Translations under genes and position numbers: made by a program
DNA from: Betaproteobacteria bacterium
GTDB lineage: Bacteria > Pseudomonadota > Gammaproteobacteria > Burkholderiales > SG8-41
Assembly (NCBI GenBank): GCA_052389535.1
Contig: JBQTHU010000041.1
Coordinates: forward strand, 12,972-76,971
Length of the DNA: 64,000 bases
Direction: 5' to 3'
In this document: positions 1 through 14,000 of the stretch, piece by piece
Numbering within the stretch: position 1 is the first letter of the stretch
Layout: the number at the start of each line of letters is the position of its first letter
The notes under the pieces: generated by a model
Told to the model about the DNA's origin: nothing
The model's database searches: none
What the model saw: only the letters and a program-made list of their open reading frames with translations

Positions 1-1503
1 CGCGAGTTCGCCGGAAAAGCGGACCTGCATGGCGCGTTCGGCTTTCCGCTGGTCGGCGGCAACGAGGTGCTGGGCGTGATGGAGTTCTTCCATCGCGACG
101 TGCGCGAGCCGGACGAGATGCTGATCCAGATCGCGCACTCGATCGGCAGCCAGATCGGGCAGTACATGGTGCGGATGCAGGCCGAGGAAGCGGTCAAGTT
201 CGTCGCCACGCACGATGCGCTGACCGGCCTGCCGAACCGCGTCATGTTCAACCAGCGCCTGGACCACGCGATCGCGCAGGCGCGGCGTTACGCGCGGCGG
301 CTCGCCGTGCTGTTCATCGATCTGGATCGCTTCAAGATCATCAACGACACGCTGGGACATGAGTCGGGCGACGTGCTGCTGCGCGAAGTGGCGCAGCGCC
401 TCACGGAGAACCTGCGCGCTGCCGACACCGTCGGCCGGCTGGGCGGCGACGAATTCGTCGTGCTGGTGGAGCAGGCGGGTGACGCGCACGATCTCGCCGG
501 CGTTGCCCAGAAGCTCATTTCCGCGCTGACCGCCGGTTTCCCGGTGCACGGGCAGGAGTACCACGTCACGGCGAGCATCGGCGTCAGCACCTTCCCCGAT
601 GACGGCGAGGACGTGCAGACGCTGCTCAAAAACGCCGATATCGCCATGTACCGCGCGAAGGAACAGGGGCGTAACGCCTATCGCTTCTATTCAGCGCAGA
701 TGAACGTGCACTCGATGGAGCGCCTCACGCTCGAGTCGAGCCTGCGCCGGGCGATCGAGCGCCGGGAGTTGATCCTGCACTACCAGCCGCAGGTCCACAT
801 GCGGCGCGGCCACATCACCGGCATGGAAGCGCTGGTGCGCTGGCAGCATCCCGACCTGGGGCTGGTGCCGCCCGATCAGTTCATACACATCGCGGAGGAA
901 ACGGGGCTCATCGTCCCGATGGGCGAATGGGTGCTGCACACCGCGTGCGAAGCGCAGCGCGCGTGGGAAAGCCTTGGCGTCCCGGACGTGACGGTTGCGG
1001 TGAACCTGTCCGCACGGCAGTTCGTGCATGGCGATCTCGGGCGGGAGGTGACGCGCGCGCTGGAGCGCACGGGATGCCCCGCGCGGTGCCTTGAGCTGGA
1101 AATTACCGAGAGCATGGTGATGCACAGTCCGGAGCGTGCGGTGGAGGTCCTCAGTGAGCTGCAGGCGATGGGCATCGGCGTCGCCATCGACGATTTCGGC
1201 ATCGGTTACTCGTCGCTTGCCTATCTCAAGCGCTTTCCGATCGACAGCCTGAAAATCGACCGCTCGTTCATCATGGACATTCCCGGCGACAAGAACGATG
1301 CGGCGATCACCCAGGCGGTGATCGCCATGGCGCACAGCCTGGGCATCAAGGTCATCGCGGAAGGCGTTGAGACGCGGCAGCAGTACAACTTCCTGCGCAA
1401 GCACCGTTGCGACGAGATGCAGGGTTACTACTTCAGCGCGCCTTTGCCTCTGGAGCAGGCCACCGGTCTGCTGCTGGAGCAGCGGCAGGTGAGCAACGCA
1501 TGA
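1..1503 (+). CDS. GAF(C-terminal part)-GGDEF-EAL cyclic-di-GMP signalling protein, 5' end cut by window edge
   Basis: Frame 1 is open from base 1. Residues before the first Met (REFAGKADLHGAFGFPLVGGNEVLGVMEFF) look like the end of a GAF domain. GGDEF motif RLGGDEF and EAL-domain motifs (EALVRW, DDFGIGYSSL, KIDRSF) follow. Confidence 0.9.
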   Translation, partial: REFAGKADLHGAFGFPLVGGNEVLGVMEFFHRDVREPDEMLIQIAHSIGSQIGQYMVRMQAEEAVKFVATHDALTGLPNRVMFNQRLDHAIAQARRYARRLAVLFIDLDRFKIINDTLGHESGDVLLREVAQRLTENLRAADTVGRLGGDEFVVLVEQAGDAHDLAGVAQKLISALTAGFPVHGQEYHVTASIGVSTFPDDGEDVQTLLKNADIAMYRAKEQGRNAYRFYSAQMNVHSMERLTLESSLRRAIERRELILHYQPQVHMRRGHITGMEALVRWQHPDLGLVPPDQFIHIAEETGLIVPMGEWVLHTACEAQRAWESLGVPDVTVAVNLSARQFVHGDLGREVTRALERTGCPARCLELEITESMVMHSPERAVEVLSELQAMGIGVAIDDFGIGYSSLAYLKRFPIDSLKIDRSFIMDIPGDKNDAAITQAVIAMAHSLGIKVIAEGVETRQQYNFLRKHRCDEMQGYYFSAPLPLEQATGLLLEQRQVSNA

Positions 1504-1506
1504 AAA

Positions 1507-1526
1507 AGCGGGAACGAAAGCCCGCT
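1507..1526 (-). terminator. Hairpin (6-bp stem AGCGGG/CCCGCT, 8-nt loop) followed by a short U-run on the minus strand; likely clpB terminator, possibly bidirectional
   Basis: Sits between the convergent GGDEF-EAL gene and clpB. On the minus strand the stem is followed by TTTTT (complement of A1503-1507). A second GC-rich hairpin lies at 1591-1620. Confidence 0.4.
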
Positions 1527-1626
1527 TAACAGAAACAGCACGCGAACGAAGGCCCCCAAAAAACCGAGCGGGAAGGGAAGCCCTTAAAGAGCGGAGCGGG
1601 AGCGAATCCGTCCGCTCCGCGTCCTC

Positions 1627-4230
<2,604 letters not shown>

Positions 4231-4257
4231 GGTCCATCCGCACCGTGGTTAATCGGG

Positions 4258-4285
4258 ATATTGGGCGGCGATGCCCTTTTTCAAG
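4258..4285 (-). promoter_or_regulatory. Putative sigma-32 heat-shock promoter of clpB
   Basis: Minus strand reads CTTGAAA-13 nt-CCCAATAT, close to the sigma-32 consensus CTTGAAA-N13/14-CCCCATNT. It lies about 30-55 nt upstream of the clpB start. Confidence 0.5.
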
Positions 4286-4481
4286 ACTCGGATATGAGAC
4301 CTATACCTGACTTGCGTCTGGGGTCGTCTAACACCACGGGGTAGCCACCTGCAAGAACGGAAACCCGTCACAGGACGTGTCACCTACATTCTCCTTGTCG
4401 TCACGCTGGCCGAAATCGCGCTCGCAGGTCTCGTGATGGCTGTCTGCTGGGCCGAGCAGCTACGCTGGATCCGGCCCTACG

Positions 4482-5999
4482 TCATGCCGCGGCGCTGGTC
4501 CGCGCGGGGCCTGACAGCTCGCGCTTTCCGGTTTCCGGGTAAGGGTGCAGCATGTTGAGCGCGATGCTCTGGTTCGCCGACTGGACAATACGCACGTGTT
4601 CGCGCTTGAGCTCGCGCGCGTGGCGACATCCGCAGGAATGCGCCAGCATGTCGATCTCCCGGTTCATGTTCCTGCAATAATTGGCGACGCGCAGATACTT
4701 TTCCTCCACCACGAGCCCGCGCTGCAGGCGCCGGTTGTGGGTGGTGACGCCGGTCGGACAGGTGTTGGTATGGCAGCGCAGTGCCTGGATGCAGCCGAGC
4801 GCGAACATGAAGCCGCGCGCCGTGTTGACGAAGTCCGCTCCGACGCAGAGCGCCCAGGCCGCGCGCGCCGAAGTCACGAGCCGGCCCGCCGCGATCACGC
4901 GCACGCGGCTCTTGAGGTCGGACTCGATGAGGGCATCCACGACACGGGGCAACGCTTCCGCGATCGGCAGCGCCATGTGGTCCATCAGCGTCTGCGGCGC
5001 CGCACCGCTGCCGCCCTCCGCGCCGTCGATCGCGAGGAAATCGGGGGCATGCTCGCGTCCGCGGCGCAGGATGGCGTCACACAGATCGTTGATGAAGTCC
5101 CACCCCCCGATCGCGGTCTTCACGCCGACTGGTCTGCCGGTGAGTTCGCGGATGGAGGCCACCTGGTCGAGGAGCTGGTCCACGTTCGCGATATCGCGGT
5201 GGCGGTTGGGACTGATCGAGTCCCGGCCCGCGGGTATGCCGCGTATGCGGGCGATCTCCTCGGTGACCTTCCCGCCCGGAAGCACTCCGCCTTTGCCGGG
5301 CTTTGCGCCCTGCGAGAGCTTGATCTCGAAGGCCTTGACCACCTGCGCGAGCTCGCGCGCCTTCTCGCGCGAAAACGCGCCATCGAGATCGCGTATGCCG
5401 TACTTCGCCGTGCCGATCTGCATGATGATGTCGCACCCGCCCTCCAGGTGATGCGGAGAGAGACCGCCCTCTCCCGTGTCCATCCAGCACCCGGCCTCAG
5501 CGGCACCGCGCGACAGCGCCCGCACGGCCGGCGCCGAGATCGCACCGAAGCTCATGCCGCTCACGTTGACGATCGAGCGCGCGTCGAACGGATTCCGGCA
5601 GTAGCCCTCGCCGACCAGGAGTGAGGGCGTCGGCAGCCGGTCCTCCTCCAGCACCGGGTACGGATGGTTGACGAAAAGTATCGAGCCCGGCTCGCGCAGG
5701 TCGTTCGTCGATCCGAAACCGATGATCCCGCCCTCGTTCTTCGCTTCCTTGTAGACCCAGCTGCGGGTCGCGCGGTTGAAAGGCATCTCGTCGCGATCGC
5801 CGGCGAAGAAGTACTGACGGAAGTACTCCCCGAGATCCTCGAAGAAAAATCGCAGGCGCCCGATGACCGGAAAATTGCGCAGAACGGTGTGCTTCTTCTG
5901 CGTGACGTCATGCACGATCGCCGTGATGAGCCAGCCGATCAGCAGAAACCCGAGCACCGTGCCGACGCCGTACGAGACTACCGTCATCATCCCGTCCAT
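4482..5999 (-). CDS. FMN-binding glutamate synthase family protein (GltS FMN-domain-like), N-terminal membrane helix
   Basis: 505 aa. Hydrophobic N-terminus, then sequence typical of the stand-alone GltB domain-2 family (SFGAIS, KPGKGG, IDGAEGGSGAAP, CIQALRCHTNTCPTGV). Confidence 0.85.
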   Translation of the reverse strand: MDGMMTVVSYGVGTVLGFLLIGWLITAIVHDVTQKKHTVLRNFPVIGRLRFFFEDLGEYFRQYFFAGDRDEMPFNRATRSWVYKEAKNEGGIIGFGSTNDLREPGSILFVNHPYPVLEEDRLPTPSLLVGEGYCRNPFDARSIVNVSGMSFGAISAPAVRALSRGAAEAGCWMDTGEGGLSPHHLEGGCDIIMQIGTAKYGIRDLDGAFSREKARELAQVVKAFEIKLSQGAKPGKGGVLPGGKVTEEIARIRGIPAGRDSISPNRHRDIANVDQLLDQVASIRELTGRPVGVKTAIGGWDFINDLCDAILRRGREHAPDFLAIDGAEGGSGAAPQTLMDHMALPIAEALPRVVDALIESDLKSRVRVIAAGRLVTSARAAWALCVGADFVNTARGFMFALGCIQALRCHTNTCPTGVTTHNRRLQRGLVVEEKYLRVANYCRNMNREIDMLAHSCGCRHARELKREHVRIVQSANQSIALNMLHPYPETGKRELSGPARTSAAA

Positions 6000-6055
6000 A
6001 CGCCCTCCCGGTTTTTTGGCGTTAGAATGCCCGGTTCAAAATATAGAGTAAATCC

Positions 6056-6907
6056 ATGGATTTGGCATCCGAAATTACACGCAACGTGGGCGCGGCGCTC
6101 GCCGAGGACGTGGGCGGCGGCGACCTGACCGCCCTGCTCACGCCGGCCGCCAGCGTGGCGACGGCTGAAGTCATATCCCGGAGCCGCGTGATCGTATGCG
6201 GTGGCGAGTGGTTCGATGCCTGTTATCGCATGCTCGATGCGCGAGTAAAAATCGCCTGGCGCGTTCCCGAAGGCGCAATGACCGCGCCCGGAGCGCGGGT
6301 CTGCACCGTGACCGGCCCGGTGCGCGCGCTGCTGACGGGAGAACGCACGGCCCTCAATTTCCTCCAGTTGCTCTCGGGTGTGGCGACGATCACACGATGC
6401 TACGTCGATGCCATCGCCGGGACGCGCGCCGTGATCGTGGACACGCGCAAGACGCTGCCCGGGCTGCGCCTTGCGGAGAAGTACGCGGTACGGATCGGCG
6501 GCGGGACCAATCACCGGCTGGGCCTCTACGACGGCATCCTCATCAAGGAAAACCACATCGCCGCCGCCGGCGGCGTGGCGGCCGCGCTGGAAGCCGCACG
6601 CCGGATAGCGCCACCGGGAATCTGGATTCAGATCGAAGTCGAAAACCTGGAACAGCTTGCAACCGCGCTGAACGCCGGCGCTCGCAAGGTGTTGCTGGAC
6701 AATATGGGCACGGCAATGCTGAGGGCCGCGGTCGAACTGACTGCGGGCCGCGCCGAACTGGAGGCTTCGGGGGGCATCACGCTGGAGAACGTGCGCGCGG
6801 TCGCCGAAAGCGGCGTGGATCGCATTTCCATCGGCGGGCTCACCAAGGACGTCGCCGCTGCCGATCTGTCGATGCGGTTCAGCGCTGCGGAAGGTGCTTC
6901 CGGATAA
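6056..6907 (+). CDS. nadC: Nicotinate-nucleotide pyrophosphorylase (quinolinate phosphoribosyltransferase)
   Basis: 283 aa with NadC-like sequence throughout ([35 protein letters not shown]). Confidence 0.93.
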   Translation: MDLASEITRNVGAALAEDVGGGDLTALLTPAASVATAEVISRSRVIVCGGEWFDACYRMLDARVKIAWRVPEGAMTAPGARVCTVTGPVRALLTGERTALNFLQLLSGVATITRCYVDAIAGTRAVIVDTRKTLPGLRLAEKYAVRIGGGTNHRLGLYDGILIKENHIAAAGGVAAALEAARRIAPPGIWIQIEVENLEQLATALNAGARKVLLDNMGTAMLRAAVELTAGRAELEASGGITLENVRAVAESGVDRISIGGLTKDVAAADLSMRFSAAEGASG

Positions 6908-8033
6908 GGCCTTCGATTGCGGGCAACTCTGCCTCCACGCTCAACGGCTTCGCACTCTGCGCGATCGCAGTATCCGGATCCTTCAAACCGTGGCCGGTCA
7001 GCGTGCACACTATCGTGCTGCCCTCGCGTATGCGCCCTGCCTGGAGGTCTTTCAGGAGTCCCGCGACAGCGATCGCCGACGCGGGCTCGCAGAACACGCC
7101 TTCCGCCTCGGCCAGCAACTTCTGCGCCCGCAGTATCTCCTCGTCGCTGCACTCGCCGAACCAGCCCCCCGACTCCTGTTGCGCGGCGAGCGCCTGCTGC
7201 CATGACACCGGATTGCCGATGCGTATCGCGGTCGCGATCGTTTCGGGATTTTCGACCGGCCGCCCGCGAAGGATCGGTGCGGCGCCTGCTGCCTGGTAGC
7301 CGAGCATCACCGGCCGGCGCGTCGCAATCTTTTTGCGCTGATAGGTGCAGTTTCCGCTGCACAACGCGCAGGCACCCGTGTTCTCACAGACGGCCTCGGA
7401 ATAACCGATCCAGTGCGCGGTGATATTGCCGGCGTTTCCCACCGGCAACGCGTGGTAGTCCGGGGCATCCCCCAACGCCTCGATGATCTCGAAGGCGATC
7501 GTCTTCTGGCCCTGCAGGCGGTAGGGATTGATCGAGTTGACGATGTTGACTGGCAGCGTGCGCGCTGCCTCCTGCACCAGGCGCATGCCATCGTCGAAAT
7601 TTCCGCGGATCTGGATCACGACGGAGCCATGCATCATCGCCTGGGAAAGTTTACCGAGCGCGATCTTCCCTTCGGGAATCAGCACGAAGCATGCTATCCC
7701 GGCACGCGCCGCATAAGCTGCGGCGGCCGCTGAAGTATTGCCTGTGGACGCGCAGATGATCGCCCGCGCGCCGGCTTCCACCGCCTTGCTCACGGCCATG
7801 GTCATGCCGCGGTCCTTGAACGACCCCGTCGGATTCAGCCCTTCGAACTTCGCGTACAGCCGCATAGCCTTGCCCGCGCGATGCGGCACGCTCTTCAGCT
7901 CGATCAGGGGCGTTGCGCCTTCGTTGAGTGAGACGACCGGCGTGTCAGGCGCCACGGGCAGCCGATCGCGATACTTCTCGATCAAGCCGGAGTAACGTAC
8001 GCGCCCGGCCATGCCGACGTCAGCGCCGGCCAT
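6879..8033 (-). CDS. thrC: Threonine synthase (short type) with a Cys-rich insertion
   Basis: PLP-lysine context (FKDRG) and the GNAGN and QAAGAAP motifs. The start may instead be the Met at 8012. Its 3' end overlaps nadC by 29 nt. Confidence 0.92.
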   Translation of the reverse strand: MAGADVGMAGRVRYSGLIEKYRDRLPVAPDTPVVSLNEGATPLIELKSVPHRAGKAMRLYAKFEGLNPTGSFKDRGMTMAVSKAVEAGARAIICASTGNTSAAAAAYAARAGIACFVLIPEGKIALGKLSQAMMHGSVVIQIRGNFDDGMRLVQEAARTLPVNIVNSINPYRLQGQKTIAFEIIEALGDAPDYHALPVGNAGNITAHWIGYSEAVCENTGACALCSGNCTYQRKKIATRRPVMLGYQAAGAAPILRGRPVENPETIATAIRIGNPVSWQQALAAQQESGGWFGECSDEEILRAQKLLAEAEGVFCEPASAIAVAGLLKDLQAGRIREGSTIVCTLTGHGLKDPDTAIAQSAKPLSVEAELPAIEGLIRKHLPQR

Positions 8034-9339
8034 CGAGCTGCTCGAGCCGTATGCGGGTCACCTTGCCCGACACCACAGGCAACGCCTCTATTCTTGCAAT
8101 CGCGGCATTCACCCGCTTTTCTATCGTCTGATGGGTCAGCATGATGATTTCAGCCTGATCCTCGCCCGCATGCGGCTGCTTCTGCACCATCGCATCGATC
8201 GAAATTTCCAGGTCGGCGAGGATGCGCGTGATATCGGCCAGCACGCCGGTCCGGTCCAGCACCCGCAGGCGCAGGTAGTAGGCGGTCTCGACCTCCGCTA
8301 TGGGCAGGATCGGCACGTCGGACAGCTGGTCGGGCTGGAACGCAAGGTGCGGAACCCGGTGCTCCGGGTCCGCGGTCAGCATGCGGGCGACATCGACGAG
8401 ATCCGCGATCACCGCCGAGGCGGTCGGCTCCGAACCCGCACCGGCCCCGTAGTACATCGTCTGACCCACCACGTCGCCCTGCACCAGTATCGCGTTCATC
8501 ACACCTTCGACGTTCGCGATCAGCCGCCGCGCCGGTATCAGCGTCGGATGCACCCGCAGCTCGATTCCGGCCGGCTTGCGCTTCGCGATTCCGAGCAGCT
8601 TGATGCGATAGCCGAGCTCCTCCGCGTACGCGATATCCTCTCGCGTCAGCTTCGAGATGCCTTCGATGTGCACCCTGGCGAACTGGGCCGGTATGCCGAA
8701 TCCGATCGCGGCCATGATGGTCAGCTTGTGCGCGGCGTCCACCCCTTCGATGTCGAAGGTGGGATCGGCTTCCGCATAGCCCAGGCGCTGCGCCTCCTTC
8801 AACACGTCCTGGAACTCCGCGCCCTTGTCGCGCATTTCCGACAGTATGAAGTTGCTGGTGCCGTTGATGATGCCGGCGATCCATTCGATACGGTTCGCCG
8901 TGAGCCCTTCACGCAACGACTTGATGATCGGAATCCCGCCCCCGACCGCGCCCTCGAAAGCCACCATCACGTCGCGCTCCTGCGCCGCGGCGAAGATTTC
9001 GTTGCCATGCTGCGCGAGCAGCGCCTTGTTCGCGGTGACCACGTGTTTGCCGTTGGCGATCGCCCGCAGCATGAGATCCCTGGCGATCGTCGTGCCGCCG
9101 ATCAGCTCGACCACGATGTCGATCTCGGGACTGTTGACCACTTCGCTCGCGTCCGGTGTCACGGTCGCGAGTTCTCCGACCAGCGCCCGCGCGCGATCCA
9201 GATCCTTGTCGGCCACCATCTTCATGGTGATGGCGCAACCCGCCCGGCGCGCGATCTCCTCCCGGTTGCGCCGCAGGACCGCAAAGGTGCCGCTGCCCAC
9301 GGTCCCGATGCCGAGGAGCCCGACGTTGATCGCTCTCAT
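8020..9339 (-). CDS. hom: Homoserine dehydrogenase
   Basis: 439 aa. N-terminal NAD-binding fold ([12 protein letters not shown]), homoserine dehydrogenase catalytic domain and a C-terminal ACT domain. Confidence 0.95.
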   Translation of the reverse strand: MRAINVGLLGIGTVGSGTFAVLRRNREEIARRAGCAITMKMVADKDLDRARALVGELATVTPDASEVVNSPEIDIVVELIGGTTIARDLMLRAIANGKHVVTANKALLAQHGNEIFAAAQERDVMVAFEGAVGGGIPIIKSLREGLTANRIEWIAGIINGTSNFILSEMRDKGAEFQDVLKEAQRLGYAEADPTFDIEGVDAAHKLTIMAAIGFGIPAQFARVHIEGISKLTREDIAYAEELGYRIKLLGIAKRKPAGIELRVHPTLIPARRLIANVEGVMNAILVQGDVVGQTMYYGAGAGSEPTASAVIADLVDVARMLTADPEHRVPHLAFQPDQLSDVPILPIAEVETAYYLRLRVLDRTGVLADITRILADLEISIDAMVQKQPHAGEDQAEIIMLTHQTIEKRVNAAIARIEALPVVSGKVTRIRLEQLDGRR

Positions 9340-10550
9340 AGCAGGCCATCCTTGCGGAACATGTCCCGTATTCCGCGCAGCGCCTGTCGCGTCCGGGCTT
9401 CATTTTCGATCAACGCAAAGCGCACGTGGTCGTCGCCGTAGTGGCCAAAGCCCGTGCCCGGCGCGACCGCCACCTTCGCTTCGATCAGGAGCTTCTTGGA
9501 AAACTCGAGCGAGCCCATGCTGCGATAGCGTTCCGGTATGGGCGCCCACACGTACATCGTCGCCCTGGGCTTCTGCACTTCCCATCCCAGGCCGCTGAGT
9601 CCGCCGCAGAGCACGTCGCGCCGTCCCTGGTAAACCGTCCGCACCGTCTTCACGCATTCCTGCGGACCCTCCAGGGCGATAATGGAAGCGACCTGTATCG
9701 GCGTGAACGTTCCGTAGTCGTGGTAGCTCTTCATGCGCGCGAGCGCAGTCACCAGCTCGCGGTTTCCCACCATGAACCCGACGCGCCACCCTGCCATGTT
9801 GTAGCTCTTCGACAGGGTGAAGAACTCGACGGCAACCTCGCGCGCACCGGGCACCTCGAGGATGGAGGGCGCCTGGTAGCCGTCGAATACGATGTCCGCG
9901 TATGCGAGATCGTGCACCACGTAGATGTCGTGCTCGCGCGCCATGGCCACCAGCCGCTCGAAGAAAGCGAGATCGACGCACTGCGTCGTCGGGTTGCTCG
10001 GGAAGTTGACGATCAGCATCTTGGGCTTGGGATACGAATCCTTGATCGCCTGCCCGAGCGACTCGAAGAAATCGATGCCGGCATGCATCGGCACGTGACG
10101 GATGTCGGCGCCGGCGATGACCGGGCCGTAGATATGTATCGGGTAGCTGGGATTCGGGACGAGCACGATGTCACCCGTGTCCAGCGTGGCGAGCGCGAGA
10201 TGCGCGATGCCCTCCTTGGAGCCGATGGTGACGATCGCTTCCGAATCGGGATCGAGCTCCACGCCGTAGCGCCCCTGGTACCAGCCGCATATCGCGCGCC
10301 GCAGCCGGTAGATGCCTTTCGAGACGGAATAGCGATGCGTATCCGGCCGCTGCACCGCCTCGATCAGCTTGTCTACGATATGGCGCGGCGTGGGCTGATC
10401 GGGATTGCCCATGCTGAAATCGATGACGTCCTCCCCCCGCCGCCGCGCTGCGAGCTTCAGCTCGCCGGTGACGTTGAATACGTACGGCGGCAGACGTCTG
10501 ATGCGCGAAAACTCTTCCATGGCAGGCAGCGGCCCGATCCCGTGCGACAA
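9336..10550 (-). CDS. alaC: Class I/II aminotransferase, AlaC (alanine transaminase)-like
   Basis: 404 aa, with close full-length resemblance to E. coli AlaC/YfdZ as I recall it ([31 protein letters not shown]). Overlaps the hom start by 4 nt. Confidence 0.9.
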   Translation of the reverse strand: MSHGIGPLPAMEEFSRIRRLPPYVFNVTGELKLAARRRGEDVIDFSMGNPDQPTPRHIVDKLIEAVQRPDTHRYSVSKGIYRLRRAICGWYQGRYGVELDPDSEAIVTIGSKEGIAHLALATLDTGDIVLVPNPSYPIHIYGPVIAGADIRHVPMHAGIDFFESLGQAIKDSYPKPKMLIVNFPSNPTTQCVDLAFFERLVAMAREHDIYVVHDLAYADIVFDGYQAPSILEVPGAREVAVEFFTLSKSYNMAGWRVGFMVGNRELVTALARMKSYHDYGTFTPIQVASIIALEGPQECVKTVRTVYQGRRDVLCGGLSGLGWEVQKPRATMYVWAPIPERYRSMGSLEFSKKLLIEAKVAVAPGTGFGHYGDDHVRFALIENEARTRQALRGIRDMFRKDGLL

Positions 10551-10607
10551 AAGCGTATAATTCTACCCCAGCTCCCTCGCTCCAGCCGCTCGGCTCTCCG
10601 CTCTTTC

Positions 10608-10976
10608 GTGAAGCTCCACATCGCGCAGACTTCCGGACAAAACCTCTTTACCGGATATGGGGACGGTTTCGTCGCCGTGAACGGCGCCCGGCACGAGACG
10701 CACCTGCTCGTGACGTCCGAGCGCGTCGTTCACTGGAACGTCGGAAGCTTCGAGTCCCTGACTGCAGACACGGCTGGAGAGTTGATCGCGCGGGGCGCCG
10801 AAATCATCATCCTCGGAACCGGCGCGAGCCTGCGCTTTCCGCCGCCCGAAATCGCGCGCCGCATCGCCGCGGCCGGAATCGGGCTCGAAGTGATGGACAG
10901 CAAAGCGGCCTGCCGCACCTACAACGTGTTGATGGCCGAGGGTAGGCGCGTGCTCGCCGCGATCCTGATCGAATAA
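10608..10976 (+). CDS. Mth938-like (DUF498) domain protein
   Basis: C-terminal part of the long ORF 9426..10976. The remainder of that ORF is antisense to alaC. GTG start at 10608. The sequence is typical of the Mth938/NDUFAF3-like family. Confidence 0.75.
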   Translation: MKLHIAQTSGQNLFTGYGDGFVAVNGARHETHLLVTSERVVHWNVGSFESLTADTAGELIARGAEIIILGTGASLRFPPPEIARRIAAAGIGLEVMDSKAACRTYNVLMAEGRRVLAAILIE

Positions 10977-11002
10977 CGTACGCCGGCCATCTACGTCTGA
11001 CG

Positions 11003-14000
11003 CTACCGCATTTCGAGCGCGGCGCTTGCGACTGCGTCTGCCGGACGTTGCAGCTGCCGCCCGCTCGCAATGAAAGCCGTGCACTCGTCGGCCGGCAACG
11101 GGACGGAAAAATAGTATCCCTGGATCTGGTCACAGTCGTTGGCGTAGAGAAACGCGAGCTGCGCTTCGGTTTCCACGCCCTCTGCCACCACGGCAAGTTC
11201 CAGGCTGTGCGCCATGGTGATGATGGCCCGCGTGATCGCCGCGTCGTTGGCGTCGGTGGTGATGTCGCGCACGAAGGAGCCGTCGATCTTCAGCGCGTCG
11301 AGCGGGAAACCTTTCAGCCGGCTCAGGCTGGAATAGCCGGTGCCGAAGTCGTCGATCGCCACCCGCACCCCGAGCGCGTTGAGATAGGCGAGCGTGCCCG
11401 CAGCCTCTTCCGCATCGGTCGTGAGCGAGCCTTCGGTGATTTCGAGCTCCAGCAGATCGTGCCGTATGCGCTCTTCCTCCAGGATGCGGGAGATCGTCAT
11501 GCCGAGATCCTTCACCTGGAACTGGCGTGCCGACAGGTTGACCGCGATCGGGATGGCCGGCAGTCCAGCCTGCTGCCACGCCCTGATCTGGGCACACGCG
11601 GTGCGGATCACCCATTCTCCCGCGGCGACCACCAGTCCGGTCTCTTCCAGCATGGGCATGAACTCCAGCGGCGAAACCAGGCCGAGTTCCGGGTGGCGCC
11701 AGCGCAGCAGCGCCTCCACGCCGACGACCTCGCCCGTGCCGAGGCTCGCCTTGGGCTGGTAGTGCAGCAGGAACTCCTCGCGCTCCAGCGCCCGGCGCAG
11801 CGAGCTTTCCATACTCAGCTTTTCCAGCGCCCGCGCGTTCATCTCGGGCGTATAGAACCGGAAGCTGTCGCGGCCCAGCTCCTTCGCCCGGTACATCGCC
11901 GTATCGGCGTTCTGTATGAGCGTGTCCTGATCCTGGCTGTCCGTCGGGAACAGGGTGATTCCTATGCTCGTGCTGACGAACACTTCCTTCCCGTACAGGT
12001 TGAACGGCTTGTGGAAAGTGCCCATGATCTTCTGCGCGACCAGGCTCGCATCATCGGGACCCGCGAGGTTCGAGCACACGATGGCGAACTCGTCGCCGCT
12101 CAATCGCCCCACCGTGTCGCCCGAACGCACGCAGGCGGAAAGCCGCTCCGAGACCTGCCGCAGCAGCAGGTCTCCCGCGCCGTGTCCCAGCGTATCGTTC
12201 ACGTTCTTGAAACGGTCGAGGTCCAGGAACATCACCGCGGTGATCCACTCGTTGCGCCGCGCCTGGGACAGCGCCTGCTTCAGGCGGTCGTAGAACAGCA
12301 CCCGATTGGGCAGGCTCGTGAGATTGTCGTAGTGCGCGAGATACAGCAGCCGCTCCTCGGACTCCCGGATGTCGGTGATGTCCTCGGCGATGCCGGCAAT
12401 GCGGTAGACCCGGCCCTGCGCGTCGTGGATGGGAAAGGCCCGGTCGCGCACCCAGCGCACCGTGCCGTCGTTCCGGATCACGCGGAACACCTCGTCGTAC
12501 TCGCCGCCCGCGGCCGATATGCGGGCGGTCTTGACCCGCTCGCGGTCCTCCTCGTGAACGAACCGGAGCCAGCTGCGCGCATCCTTGCGCAAGCGCTCGT
12601 TCGACTGCCCCGTGATGCGCTCATAGGCCGGGCTTACGTAGATCATCTCTTTCTGCAGGGCATCGCAGATCCAGAAAATCTGCGGAATGTTGTTTGCGAG
12701 CTGGTGGAACTGCTCCTCGCTTTCGCGCAGCGCTTCTTCCGCACGTCTGCGATCGGTGATGTCCTGGATGATCGATATGACGTGTGTGGGCCGGCTGTCC
12801 GCGCCGCGCACGGCGGTCAGCGAGATGTGCACCCATATGATCTCGCCGTTCTTGCGCATGTAACGCTTCTCGCGCGAATAGGAGCCGATCTCTCCGCTCA
12901 GCAGCTGCTCGTTGCGATCGATGGCGGCATTCCTGTCCTCGGGTGGCGTGACATCGACCGAGGTAAGGTCGAGCAGCTCTTCGCGCGTATAGCCCAATAT
13001 GTCGCAGAGTTTCTGGTTCACCCGCAGCCAGCGCGGGTTGCGCGGGTCCACGCCGCGCAGCGCCATGCCCACCGACGCCTGCTCGAACGTGGCGCGGAAG
13101 CGCTCCTCGCTCTCGCGCAGGGCTTCCTCGGCACGCAGCCGCTCCGAGACGTCGTTGATGAGGAGGATACGCGAGTTGCGCCCGTGGAACGCGAGCGGGC
13201 GTGCCGTGACTTCGACGTGGATCACCTGACCGCTGCTCGTCACGTGCCGGCGCTGGAAAAGCGCCGATCTCGCCGCCTCCGCACCCAGTTCCTGCGCCAC
13301 TCGCGCCCGATCCGCTTCGGGCTGCAGATCGAGTATGGTCATGGAAAGTAATTCTTCTCGGGCGTAGCCGTACTTCTCCTCCGCCGGCCGGTTTACCGCC
13401 AGTATCTGGAGGGTGGAGTCATCGATCACGATGAGCGGGAGGGGAGCCAGCTCGAACAGGTTGCGATAGCGGTCTTCGCTTTCGCGCAGCGCCTCTTCCA
13501 TGCGCTTGCGATCGGTGATGTCGCGGTTTACGCCGACCAGTCCGAATACGTTTCCCGCGTCGTCGCGCAACGGCACCTTCGAGGTCACGTGCCAGCGCGC
13601 CTCGCGGCTGCCGTCCTCCGTCCGGCTGAAGAAAGTCTGGCCTTCCCGGTCCAGCAGCGGCATCCCGTTTTCCATCACCGCACGGTCTTCGGCCTCGAGC
13701 TTTTTTGCAAGATCCTCGGGAAAGATGTCGTAAACCGTCTTGCCGACGATTTCGTCGTGGTCGGTAATGCCCCGTATCCTGAGGTTGGTGGCATTCTGGA
13801 GCAGGAAACGACCCGCACGATCCTTGACGTAAATGCGTTCCGGCATCGCGTCCACCACCGCCCGCAGCAGCGCGCGCTCGCTCGCGAGCCTCTCCTCGGC
13901 GCGCTTGCGGTCCGAAATGTCCTCCGCCACAGTGATGAAGTGGCGCGGCTCGCCGCTGTCATCGCGTATGAGCGTCGTCGAGTGGGTCACCCACACCAGC

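Noticed and set aside
6879-6907. 29-nt convergent overlap of nadC and thrC as a possible annotation or assembly problem
   Set aside because: Both C-termini look complete by comparison with family members I recall. Short tail-to-tail overlaps are common in compact GC-rich genomes.
8011-10600. Long plus-strand ORFs (8011..9441, and the first part of 9426..10976)
   Set aside because: They are antisense to hom and alaC. Only the last 369 nt of the second ORF (10608..10976), which lie outside alaC, encode a recognisable Mth938-like protein.
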